Shown here piece after piece: positions 50,715 through 59,932 of a stretch of 64,000 bases of DNA. The stretch covers positions 320,001 to 384,000 of the forward strand of contig CAVSZB010000005.1 in the NCBI GenBank assembly GCA_963732385.1. The letters run 5' to 3'. Source of the stretch: an uncultured bacterium. Its GTDB lineage: Bacteria; Krumholzibacteriota; Krumholzibacteriia; LZORAL124-64-63. The translations under genes and the position numbers were made by a program. Under the pieces are notes generated by a model. The model saw nothing but the letters and a program-made list of their open reading frames with translations, did not search any database and was not told the DNA's origin. Position 1 is the first letter of the stretch. Every line of letters begins with the position of its first letter.

Positions 50715-53700
50715 TCATACTCCCACCGCAGCGGACTGCTCGTCCCGGCAGAACGGGAAGATCTCCGAGAACAGGTATTGCTCCCGGTTCGGACATGATT
50801 CCAAACATTTCCGGCAGATCGGCAGACTCGCATTGCCGGCGAGGAGTTCCTGCCGATAACCGCGTATCTGCGGGTGTTCGAGCCAAAGCTCCCTGAGGCT
50901 GGTCGACCAGACCTCCTCGGGGCGCGTGTAGGTTGTCTCTCCGGTAATATCGACACAGCAGAAGCAGACGGCTCCGTCGGAAAGGACGGATAACACCTTC
51001 CAGGGGGAGTCGCAGAAGCCCTTCCCGACCGGCAGGGCCGCGCCGGGCTGGGCGAAGCTGCTGAGGTTGGGATAGAGCCCGCCCTCCGCAAGCGGCTGAA
51101 GGACGAGTTCGAAGGTGCTGCCGTTCTCTTTGCGGTATTCGAACCTCTTGTGCATTTCGTCGCCGTCCCAGGCCTCCAGGCTTCCCATCTCCAGGCGACT
51201 GACAAGACCCGCGGCGAACTGCCTTTTCCTCCCGATCTCGGCCGGCCGGGCTCGTTCGAGGCCGCTGGTGTAGATCTTCATCGTCAGGCTCTGCCCGCTC
51301 TCGCCCGCCGCCCAATCCCGGACATAGCCCTCCAGCCGCGACACGTACTTCTCGAAACTCATGGGTGAGCGCAGCCCCAGCTCCTGCGGGCTGCAGGAGA
51401 TGTTGACGACGATGTTCATGTCGATGGGCAGGAATTCCGGCTTGAGATTGGAGCCGTTGGTCGCCAGGAAGATCTTGTGCCCGGCCCGGTTCGCCTCCAG
51501 CGCCAGTTCCGTGAACTGGGGGTGCAGGGTCGGCTCCCCGTCGACGTGGAGCCGCAGGGGCTGGCTCGTGATGTCTTTGAGCTGCGGCAGCAGGTGCCGG
51601 AACAGCTCGGGCGACATGAAGCTCTTCTGGCGTTTGGAGTCTGCGCTCCGGCAGTAGTGGCAGTGGAAGTTGCACCGTGAATTGAGTTCCAGCATGACCG
51701 TCGGGTTGGCCGCGAACCCCGCGAGCGCCGCTCTGTAAGCGGGTTCTTTCGCGTCGCCCTTGAAGCGGTATTCCCTGGCTTCGACAAAGGGGCGGGTCGC
51801 CGGCTTCCTGACGCGCGGAGCGATGGCTTTAAGTTCGGCGCGATCATCCGCGGTCTCGACCCGCAGGTTGGCGAACCGCAGGGCCAGCCTGCGCTCATCT
51901 CCGCCCTGGCCCCGCGACGACGGGGAAAACGACTGGGTGCTCTCAATGAGAATCTCGGTCTCGGGCGCCTCGAGTTCCAGCCTGACCTGTATCGTCTGGG
52001 CGCTGGCGGCAAAGGTGAAAGACTGGACGCTGGAGTCCCCGCCATAGACAAACACGTCGAAGGGGAATTGCGCGTACTGGCCGGCGATTCCGCAGCTCAG
52101 GTCGAAACAGACGGTCTCTCCCTTCGCCCGGTCAAGGACCTTGAAGCGTCCCTCGGGCCCCAGCCAGCGCCAGCTCCCTTCCAGGGGATGGAAGCCCTCG
52201 CCGAACACGACCCGGAGGGAGGATCCGTTCCCGGTCACCTCCGCCTGGTTCGATTCGGAATGACCCTGGATGATCTGTGCGATTTCACGCTGGTCATCGG
52301 GCTGCAGAACACGCAACCGATCGAGGCATGCCGCGGCCTCTGACTGCATCCCGTGCCTGAGCGCGAACCGGGCCGCGGTCTTGGCGATCCAGGCCGTCGC
52401 GGGCTCGAGCTTGTGGGCCAGCGCATAGCTTTCCCAGGCCAGCCGGGGCTGGCCGGCGTTTTCGAGCACCAGACCATAGTAGGCGCAGAGCAGCGCCCTC
52501 ATTCCGGCCGCCTTTCGCAGCACCTCGAGCCGGGACAGGGCTTCGGCGTGTCGCCCGGAGAAGGATTCCATCAACGCCAGGTTCAGCAGGAGAGACGCAT
52601 CCTGCGGCGCCGCCTGGAGGGCTTCCCGCAGGACCGCTTGCGCCAGATCGGCGGCGCCGGCCCCGTTTAGAGCAAGGGCCTGGGAGACCGCTTCGGCCGC
52701 CGCGACCTCCGGCGTGATCGGGTCGGAGAGGGCCGCCGCCTGCAGGCCGAGGGCCCCGGAGAAGGCAGGGTAGATGGCCCGGGCGCTGTGGCGGGTCTCG
52801 ATCAGCGCTTTGCCGGCGCAGGACACAGCTTCCCAGAGAGCCTGGTTCCGATACAGACGGAAGACGGCGTCAGCGGTCGTCGCCGGATCGTCGGCGATGA
52901 TGATGTCGCCGCCATCTGTCAAACCCATGCCCTCGGCGCCGAGGCGGGAGGTGACGGTGGGCAACCCCTGGGCCATGGCGCTGCAGATCTTGCCCTTCAG
53001 GCCCGCCCCGTAGCGGATGGGGGCCACGGAAACCCGCGCGCGGCGCAGGAAGGGGTCGACCTGCTCCACATGGCCGGTCACGATGATCCGGTCACCGGCC
53101 AACGCCCTGATCTGGGGCGGAGGGCTGTCACCGACGATATGCCAGCGCAGGTCCGGCAACTCATCCTTGAGCAGCGGCCAGACCGAGGCGTGGAAATACA
53201 TGACCGAATCCACATTGGACGGGTGGTTGTAGCCGCCCACGAAAACGATACCGTCCCGTTCGCTGAACCCCGGCGTCGCTGATTCCGGTCGGTAATAATT
53301 GGGCACGGCATGGACCCTGGCGGGGTCCAGGTAATGTTCCAGTTCGACCTTTTCCTGGCCGGTCGCGGTCAGGACCGCGTCGGCGTTACGGTAGGCCGCG
53401 AGCTCACGGGCCTTGTCGGAGCCGTAGGCCAGCCGCATGTCCGGGGCGCCTTCCAGCGCGAACTGGCGGGCCCGACGCAGGTAGTGCACATCGACCGAAT
53501 CGATGACGATCCGGGTCTTCGGGCTGCTCTCGCGGATGAAGGGTATGAAGGCCTCCGCCGTGTAATAAAACGGCAACAACGCGGCGGCGTAGGACCGCTG
53601 CGCCAGGATGACACGGAGATGCTCCAGCCCGGAGGCCTTGCCGTCCAGGGGGCAGACCTCTATCCCCATCCGGCGCATCCCGGCCAGGTAAGGGGCCAGA

Positions 53701-54707
53701 TCGGTGCCCTCGAACAAGTTCCCGTTCCGGCAGACGAAGGTGACATGGCTGCCGTTCTCCAGCAGCAGGCGCATCAGTTCGAGTATGCGCATCGCTCCCG
53801 AGGACCGGTCGTGGAGCGGGGGGATGTCGCAGGCCACCAGCACGGCACGAGAGCAATACCGGTCGATCTCGGCGGACAGGGAGCGGCGGTCGCAGGCCGG
53901 CAATCCGTGGGCGACAAGTTCACCCGCCCATTTGGCGGTGAATTTGGGCCGGTTGATCTCCTGAAAGCGTTTGTACCCCGACAACTCGTCGGTTCCCGCC
54001 GTGCCCCCTTCATGATGCTCAACCACGGCTTCCGGCTGATAGACCACCTTGAGCCCGGCCTTGCGGACCGCGAAGCAGAGGTCGGTATCCTCGAAATAGG
54101 CCGGGGCGTAGCGCTCGTCGAACCCGCCGAGCCTGCGGAACAGCTCGGCGCGCACCAGCAGGCAGGCCCCGGAAACATAATCGACTTCCCGCACATAGTT
54201 GAACTCCGGCAGGGAGGGGTCCTGCCATTTGCCGAAATTGCAGCCGCTCCCGTCCCGGAAGACGATGCCCCCGGCTTCCTGCAGCCGCCCGTCCGGATAA
54301 ACGAGCTTCGCTCCGACCACGCCGACGCCGGGATCCTGTTCCGGCAGGCGGACGAGAGCCTCCAGCCAGCCGGCCCGGGGCCGGGTGTCGTTGTTGAGCA
54401 GGACCAGGTACTTTCCCCGGGCGACGACGGCGGCCTGATTGTTACCGCCGACGAACCCGAGATTCCTGTCGTTTGTGAGCAGATCGATGCGGGGCGAGGA
54501 ACGTTCCTGGCGCAGCTCCATGAGGTACGTATGCGTTTCGTCGCTGGAGGCATTGTCGATGATGATGAGCTCATAGAGGTCGGCGGGGGTCGTTTCAAGA
54601 AGCCGCCGAATGCAGGCGCGGGTGAGCTCCACCTTGTTGCAGCACAGGACTACGATGCTCACGAGGGGGGCGGAGCCGGAAGGAACGCCCGTGGTATTGC
54701 CTGTCAT
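50715..54707 (-). CDS. Multidomain GT2 + GT4-like + TPR + accessory module + radical SAM/SPASM-like protein
   Basis: GT2 (IDNASSD, NLGF..GNN, LLNND, YFEDTD); GT-B (GGYNHPSNVD, GAGLKGK); Ala-rich helical repeats; CNFHCHYC, GEP.LHP, TNG; Cys-rich tail C..PW...CFCC...CRKC. Confidence 0.88.
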   Translation of the reverse strand: MTGNTTGVPSGSAPLVSIVVLCCNKVELTRACIRRLLETTPADLYELIIIDNASSDETHTYLMELRQERSSPRIDLLTNDRNLGFVGGNNQAAVVARGKYLVLLNNDTRPRAGWLEALVRLPEQDPGVGVVGAKLVYPDGRLQEAGGIVFRDGSGCNFGKWQDPSLPEFNYVREVDYVSGACLLVRAELFRRLGGFDERYAPAYFEDTDLCFAVRKAGLKVVYQPEAVVEHHEGGTAGTDELSGYKRFQEINRPKFTAKWAGELVAHGLPACDRRSLSAEIDRYCSRAVLVACDIPPLHDRSSGAMRILELMRLLLENGSHVTFVCRNGNLFEGTDLAPYLAGMRRMGIEVCPLDGKASGLEHLRVILAQRSYAAALLPFYYTAEAFIPFIRESSPKTRIVIDSVDVHYLRRARQFALEGAPDMRLAYGSDKARELAAYRNADAVLTATGQEKVELEHYLDPARVHAVPNYYRPESATPGFSERDGIVFVGGYNHPSNVDSVMYFHASVWPLLKDELPDLRWHIVGDSPPPQIRALAGDRIIVTGHVEQVDPFLRRARVSVAPIRYGAGLKGKICSAMAQGLPTVTSRLGAEGMGLTDGGDIIIADDPATTADAVFRLYRNQALWEAVSCAGKALIETRHSARAIYPAFSGALGLQAAALSDPITPEVAAAEAVSQALALNGAGAADLAQAVLREALQAAPQDASLLLNLALMESFSGRHAEALSRLEVLRKAAGMRALLCAYYGLVLENAGQPRLAWESYALAHKLEPATAWIAKTAARFALRHGMQSEAAACLDRLRVLQPDDQREIAQIIQGHSESNQAEVTGNGSSLRVVFGEGFHPLEGSWRWLGPEGRFKVLDRAKGETVCFDLSCGIAGQYAQFPFDVFVYGGDSSVQSFTFAASAQTIQVRLELEAPETEILIESTQSFSPSSRGQGGDERRLALRFANLRVETADDRAELKAIAPRVRKPATRPFVEAREYRFKGDAKEPAYRAALAGFAANPTVMLELNSRCNFHCHYCRSADSKRQKSFMSPELFRHLLPQLKDITSQPLRLHVDGEPTLHPQFTELALEANRAGHKIFLATNGSNLKPEFLPIDMNIVVNISCSPQELGLRSPMSFEKYVSRLEGYVRDWAAGESGQSLTMKIYTSGLERARPAEIGRKRQFAAGLVSRLEMGSLEAWDGDEMHKRFEYRKENGSTFELVLQPLAEGGLYPNLSSFAQPGAALPVGKGFCDSPWKVLSVLSDGAVCFCCVDITGETTYTRPEEVWSTSLRELWLEHPQIRGYRQELLAGNASLPICRKCLESCPNREQYLFSEIFPFCRDEQSAAVGV

Positions 54708-54732
54708 TATGGACCTCTCTGAAGATACGCAA

Positions 54733-56268
54733 TCAGTTCAGGATTTCGACTCCGCTGAAGAGCAGGGACAGCCGCCGCGAATCGGTCGAGCTCCCGGCGT
54801 CGGAGGGTTTGAACCATGAGCCGGCGGTGAAACGGATCCGTGCGTCCTGGCGGCCGGGATGCAGGGGCATGCGGAGGATCACCTCGGGACGGCTCCCCCC
54901 GAGCGTGAAGGACTGCACCGGCACATCGTTGTAGTGGACGGAGACGGTCTGCACCGGGGCCGGCGTCTGCCCGGGGCGGGGGCCGGCGACCCGCAGGGAG
55001 AGGGTCCTCCCCGACAGGAGCTGGCCGGAAGCGATCTGGAGCTCTCCTTCCGGTCCCATCCAGCGGGTTCCGTTTTCCTGGGCATGGAACCCGCGGGTGA
55101 ACCGGATGCTCTCGGCCTCCCCTTCGACGGACGAAACGACCGTCAACCCGCTGCAGAGCACGGACAGCAGGCGCGCGTCTTCAGCGGAGGCCGGCGCGCA
55201 ATCGCTCGAGACGAGCCTGATGCAGGCTTCGTGGAGACCGGGGTATAGCGGCAGCATGACGGTCGCGGTCTCGGTCTCACCGGAAAAATCGACGGTCTCC
55301 ACCAGCATATCGTTGTAGTAGATGCGGGTGGTGAGCGCGCCGGAGGGAAGTCCGGCCAGGTTGGGGCAGGCAAGCTGAAAAGAGACGGCCTGTCCCGGCA
55401 AAAGGAGCCGGGCGTGGACATGGAGGACACCCTCCGGGCCCACCCAGCGATGGCCATTGTCGTCTGCGAAAAATCCGGGCCCGAACGCAACGCCGTCGGG
55501 CCCCTGCGCGCACGGCGGCGTGAACAGCAGCCGGACCTCCGGGGAGGCTCCCGCGCGGCCCGGCCGGGACTGTCGGTAGACCCCGGTATACACGAGTTGG
55601 GTGGCGCACAGTTCCGGGACCTCCTCCGGTTCCAGGTCGTGCACCGAAATGTTGTCGTTGACGAGCATGGACCCGGTGAAACGGGTATCGGGGCCGACTT
55701 CGCCCAGATACGTGATCCTCCGGCAGACGACATCCTGCGTCTCCAGGAAGCCGAGGAACTGGCGCTGCGTGAAAAAGCGCAGGTGGGTGCGGTCGAGGAT
55801 GCCCTCAGCCTGATATTCCCAGCGACCGTCATGCAGCAGACCGCGCATCAACTCGATGTTGCGGATGTTCGGGAGGCTCACGATCAGCGTGCCGCCCGGC
55901 CTGAGGAAGTCCAGCAGCCGGTGCGTCGTGGCCCAGGGGTCTTTCAGGTGTTCCAGGATGTCCGCGAGAATGATGCAGTCGAACCGGGCCGCCGCGAAGG
56001 GCGCTTCGAACGCCTCCACATCGACCTGGTGCACGGCATCGAGGACTCTGGCCGCTTCATGCGCCGCGGCGGCGTCGAGTTCGATGCCGGTCACGGTCCT
56101 GCCCGGGACCTCCCGCTTGAGCCGCTCGCCCAGGCGCCCGGTCCCGCAGCCCACATCGAGGATGCAGAGCGCGGACAACGGGACCTCGGCGGCGATCTCC
56201 GGTCGGGAGTGCGAGAAGTAATCTTCGCCGTCCACACCGGATGCGGCGGTCACCGGAGCCTGGATCAT
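54733..56268 (-). CDS. Class I SAM methyltransferase with two C-terminal accessory modules
   Basis: LDVGCGTG, DILEHL.DP, SLPN, GILDRTHLRFFT (typical of glycan-locus O-methyltransferases). Confidence 0.88.
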   Translation of the reverse strand: MIQAPVTAASGVDGEDYFSHSRPEIAAEVPLSALCILDVGCGTGRLGERLKREVPGRTVTGIELDAAAAHEAARVLDAVHQVDVEAFEAPFAAARFDCIILADILEHLKDPWATTHRLLDFLRPGGTLIVSLPNIRNIELMRGLLHDGRWEYQAEGILDRTHLRFFTQRQFLGFLETQDVVCRRITYLGEVGPDTRFTGSMLVNDNISVHDLEPEEVPELCATQLVYTGVYRQSRPGRAGASPEVRLLFTPPCAQGPDGVAFGPGFFADDNGHRWVGPEGVLHVHARLLLPGQAVSFQLACPNLAGLPSGALTTRIYYNDMLVETVDFSGETETATVMLPLYPGLHEACIRLVSSDCAPASAEDARLLSVLCSGLTVVSSVEGEAESIRFTRGFHAQENGTRWMGPEGELQIASGQLLSGRTLSLRVAGPRPGQTPAPVQTVSVHYNDVPVQSFTLGGSRPEVILRMPLHPGRQDARIRFTAGSWFKPSDAGSSTDSRRLSLLFSGVEILN

Positions 56269-56916
56269 CGCGTCCGCTTTCCCTTCCGGCCGGCCCCTTC
56301 CGGGACAATGCCGCCCTTCCGGCCGCAAGGCGCGTGCCCGTACGTCGGGCGCACCCGGGTCGATACGGCACCGCCGGCCCCCTTTCCGGCGCCGCCTCAA
56401 AACGACGCAATTCGGGCGCGGATCGGCCCCTCGGCGGCAACCGGGAGGTAATTGAAAGGTGGATGCCGATGCGGCTGGTGCGCCGCGCCGACCGGGACCG
56501 GGCCCGCGCTGGCAGGAAGCGGAACAGGAAGTGGACGATTACCGGGCGACCCGCACCAGCGTCTTTTTGATCTCGATTTTCAGCTTGTGGGCGGTGATCA
56601 GGGTGGGAATGATGAACCGCGGCAGGAGACTTCGGGTCACCTGGCGACCTGGTCGGCCTGCGGTTCCATCAGTGTGGCCAGCTGACGGCCAGGGGCTACG
56701 GGCACAGCCTGCGCCGCGATCCCCGGACCGGCGCAGCGTCATTCCGGCCCCCGGTCGGGCCAAAAATATCGTGCAATGACGGCATTTCCTGTGCTATAGT
56801 CACCGCCTTGTTCATTATCAACCTCGCTAGCTTCGCCCCGCGATACTGCCGCTGCTCTCTCCTCGCCACGCAGCCCCAGGCGCGTTGTTTGTTTGTTTGC
56901 ACCACAGGGGAACAGC

Positions 56917-57576
56917 ATGCTCAGATTTGCGAAGGCGCTCCTGCCAATTCTGGCGATCGGGGCCCTGTTGGCTCCGGTGTCCGTCCCGGCACAGTTGAGT
57001 TCGGAATATTTCGACGGCGACGTGGTCCTGAACACCGTTCTGTCCGACTCGCTTTTCGTTGCGGAGGGGCGGGTCGGCGATCTGGATTCCCCGTCGTTGT
57101 ATGAGCTGAGTCTGGGAATCAGCACGTCCGCCCCGGCGATGACGGCGCAGTTCACCTGGGTCAGTGGCGTGGCGTATCCGTTCTCGCTGAGCTTCGACCT
57201 CCTGTCGCGGATCGCCACCTTCACGGTCGGCGACCAGACAATGACTTTCACGTCGGAATACACCGCCTTCGACGCGATCTTCATCCGGACCCGGGCCGCG
57301 TTGCCCGGATCGTCCATCGGTCTCTACGACCTGATGATCGACGGCATTCCTGTGCCGGGCACCTCGGTCGAGAGCGGCCCGGACGGACTGATGCTCATGC
57401 AGATCTACGGCCCGCCGCTGTATGACGGGTTCACGCTGAGCGGTACGACAAAGCTGACCTGGGAAAGCGTGTTGCCGAAGAAATCGCAACTCTGCTTCCA
57501 GATCTTCACCGCCAACATGCTGGTTGTCGGGAACGAGGACCAGAGCTGGAGCCAGGTGAAGAACCTGTTCCGCTGA
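56917..57576 (+). CDS. Secreted hypothetical protein with C-terminal SWxxVKxLFR tail
   Basis: Signal peptide, beta-rich body (FVAEGRVGD), ends VGNEDQSWSQVKNLFR. Confidence 0.75.
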   Translation: MLRFAKALLPILAIGALLAPVSVPAQLSSEYFDGDVVLNTVLSDSLFVAEGRVGDLDSPSLYELSLGISTSAPAMTAQFTWVSGVAYPFSLSFDLLSRIATFTVGDQTMTFTSEYTAFDAIFIRTRAALPGSSIGLYDLMIDGIPVPGTSVESGPDGLMLMQIYGPPLYDGFTLSGTTKLTWESVLPKKSQLCFQIFTANMLVVGNEDQSWSQVKNLFR

Positions 57577-57598
57577 TATGGAGTGACCCTGTGTCAAG

Positions 57599-57630
57599 GG
57601 CCGCTTTCCTGCGGGGAGGCGGCCGTTTTG
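57599..57630 (+). terminator. Intrinsic terminator
   Basis: GGCCGCTTTCC-tgcg-GGGAGGCGGCC followed by GTTTTG. Confidence 0.55.
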
Positions 57631-57909
57631 TCTCCAGCGCGTGCGCGCCGCTGCTATACGAGACCTCGACGGAATGGCCCACTCCGACTGAACTGCTCGC
57701 GTCGGACCTGCGGTACGTGACAGGTAACGAACTGCGACTGGCGGGCTTGGGATCGTTCCAGGTGACCGTGGGAGCGCATCGCCTGATTAATCCCGTGCCT
57801 CGCCGGTTACTTGCCGGTACACTCGCGGCCGCCTCCCCGTTGCGGGGATCGGCAACCGTACGGGTGCCGCCGCCTAACGGCCGCGTCAGCCCTTCCGCAA
57901 GGAGATTCC

Positions 57910-58935
57910 ATGAGCGATGACAACGACTTCCAGGGACCTCCGCGCCCGCAGATGCCCCGGATCGAAATACCCAACTTCATCCTGCCCAACATCAAGCCCC
58001 GCCTCGTGCAGAACCTGCTGGGCGCGTTCGTCGTGGCGGCCATGCTGGTGTCGGGCTTCTACACCATCGATCCGGAAGAAGCGGGCCTGGTCCAGCGCTT
58101 CGGCAAGTACGTGCGCATCAGCGAGCCCGGGCTGCACTTCAAGGCTCCGCTGGGCATCGAAACCGTGCGCAAGGTGCCGATCCAGCGCCAGCTCAAGGAG
58201 GAGTTCGGCTTCCGCACGGTGCGGGCGGACATCCAGACCGAGTATTCGACCAAGTCGTTCCTCGAGGAATCGAGCATGCTGACCGGCGACCTGAACGCGG
58301 CGCTGGTCGAGTGGGTCGTCCAGTACCGTATCGTCGATCCCTACAAGTACCTGTTCCAGGTGCGCAGCGTGCAGGAGACGTTCCGCGACATGAGCGAGGC
58401 CGTCTCCCGACGCGTGGTCGGCGACCGCACCGTCAACGAAGTGCTGACCGTCGGCCGCGCCGAGGTGGCCGCGCAGATCCAGGTCGAGCTGCAGGAACTG
58501 TGCAACCAGTACGAGACCGGCATCAGCGTCGATCAGGTCGTGCTGCAGGACATCAACCCGCCCGACCCGGTCAAGCCCTCCTTCAACGCCGTCAACGAAG
58601 CCCAGCAGGAGAAGGAAAAACTGATCAACCAGGCGCAATCCGAATACAACCGCGAAATTCCCAAGGCCAGCGGCGAGGCGCAGCAGACGGTGCAGGAAGC
58701 CGAAGGCTACGCCTTGAATCGCGTCAATCGCGCCCAGGGCGACGCCTCCCTGTTCAACGCCATGTTCGAGGAGTACCGCAAGGCGCCGGAGGTGACGCGT
58801 CAGCGCATCTACCTGGAAACCATGGCGCAGGTGCTGCCGCAGGTGCGCCGCAAGGTGATCGTCGACGACCAGCTGCGCAGCGTGTTGCCGCTGCTGAATT
58901 TGGACAACACGGCAACCGGCCGGGGAGGCAAGTAA
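57910..58935 (+). CDS. hflK: FtsH protease modulator HflK
   Basis: One TM, RFGK...PGLH, MLTGD.N, SPFH domain, YRKAPEVTRQR.YLETM. Confidence 0.93.
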   Translation: MSDDNDFQGPPRPQMPRIEIPNFILPNIKPRLVQNLLGAFVVAAMLVSGFYTIDPEEAGLVQRFGKYVRISEPGLHFKAPLGIETVRKVPIQRQLKEEFGFRTVRADIQTEYSTKSFLEESSMLTGDLNAALVEWVVQYRIVDPYKYLFQVRSVQETFRDMSEAVSRRVVGDRTVNEVLTVGRAEVAAQIQVELQELCNQYETGISVDQVVLQDINPPDPVKPSFNAVNEAQQEKEKLINQAQSEYNREIPKASGEAQQTVQEAEGYALNRVNRAQGDASLFNAMFEEYRKAPEVTRQRIYLETMAQVLPQVRRKVIVDDQLRSVLPLLNLDNTATGRGGK

Positions 58936-58936
58936 C

Positions 58937-59872
58937 ATGAAGAAGCTCCCATTCGTCCTGGTCGGTCTGGCGTTCATCGTGGTTTTGATGTCGGCGTATG
59001 TCGTGCAGGAGCCCGAGCAGGTCATCCTGACCCAGTTCGGCAAGCCAGCGGGCCCGCCCATCTCTTCGCCGGGCCTGAAATTCAAGACGCCCCTGATTCA
59101 GAAAGTGCACCGCTTCGAAAAGCGGTACCTGGAGTGGGACGGTAATCCGAACCAGTTGCCCACGCGCGACAAACGGTTCATCTGGGTCAATACCTATGCG
59201 CGGTGGCGCATCACCGATCCTCTGCTGTTCTTCCAGCGCCTGCACAACGAACGCGGCGCGCAGACGCGGCTGGACGATATCCTGGACGGCGAGACACGCA
59301 ACGCCATTGCCAAATACGATCTGGTGCAGCTGGTGCGCACGACCAACCGTGACGCCGTGCGCACCGAGGGCGAGCTCAGCGACGAATCGACGCTGACCGT
59401 GATCGCCGAAGGACGCAACGACATCCGCCAGGAGATCCTGACCAATGCGCGGGCCCGCACGACTGACCTGGGCCTGGAGATCCTGGACATCGAATTCAAA
59501 CGCATCAATTACGTGGAAGACGTGCAGAGGAAGGTCTATGAGCGGATGATCGCCGAGCGCCAGCGTGTGGCCGACCGCTTCCGCAGCGAAGGCCAGGGCG
59601 AAGCCTTCCGCATCCGCGGCGAAAAGGACCGCGAACTGCTGCGCATCAGTTCGGAGGCCTACCGGCAGGCGCAGGAGATCAAGGGCGCGGCCGACGCGCG
59701 CGCCACGGCGATCTACGCCAGCGCCTACAACAGAACAGCAGACTCGCGAACTTTCTACGAGTTCCTCAAGACCATGCAGGCGTACACCACGACCCTCGAC
59801 AGCACCAGCACGCTGGTCCTGTCGACGGATGCGGACTTTTACCGCTACCTGAAATCGGGAAGCGGCAAATGA
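58937..59872 (+). CDS. hflC: FtsH protease modulator HflC
   Basis: TQFGKP, PGLKFK.P, T.DK, RMIAER..A..FRSEG, FYEFL. Confidence 0.93.
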   Translation: MKKLPFVLVGLAFIVVLMSAYVVQEPEQVILTQFGKPAGPPISSPGLKFKTPLIQKVHRFEKRYLEWDGNPNQLPTRDKRFIWVNTYARWRITDPLLFFQRLHNERGAQTRLDDILDGETRNAIAKYDLVQLVRTTNRDAVRTEGELSDESTLTVIAEGRNDIRQEILTNARARTTDLGLEILDIEFKRINYVEDVQRKVYERMIAERQRVADRFRSEGQGEAFRIRGEKDRELLRISSEAYRQAQEIKGAADARATAIYASAYNRTADSRTFYEFLKTMQAYTTTLDSTSTLVLSTDADFYRYLKSGSGK

Positions 59873-59932
59873 CGGGCGCCCGTTGCCCCTCCCAATAACT
59901 CCGTCCGCCCCGCCTCCGGCCGGGCTTGGAAC

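Noticed and set aside
45492..56268. Classical RiPP or hopanoid cluster
   Set aside because: No RRE, peptidase, transporter or squalene-hopene cyclase gene lies in the cluster, and the GT and methyltransferase content points to a glycan. The small upstream ORF is kept only as a low-scoring alternative.
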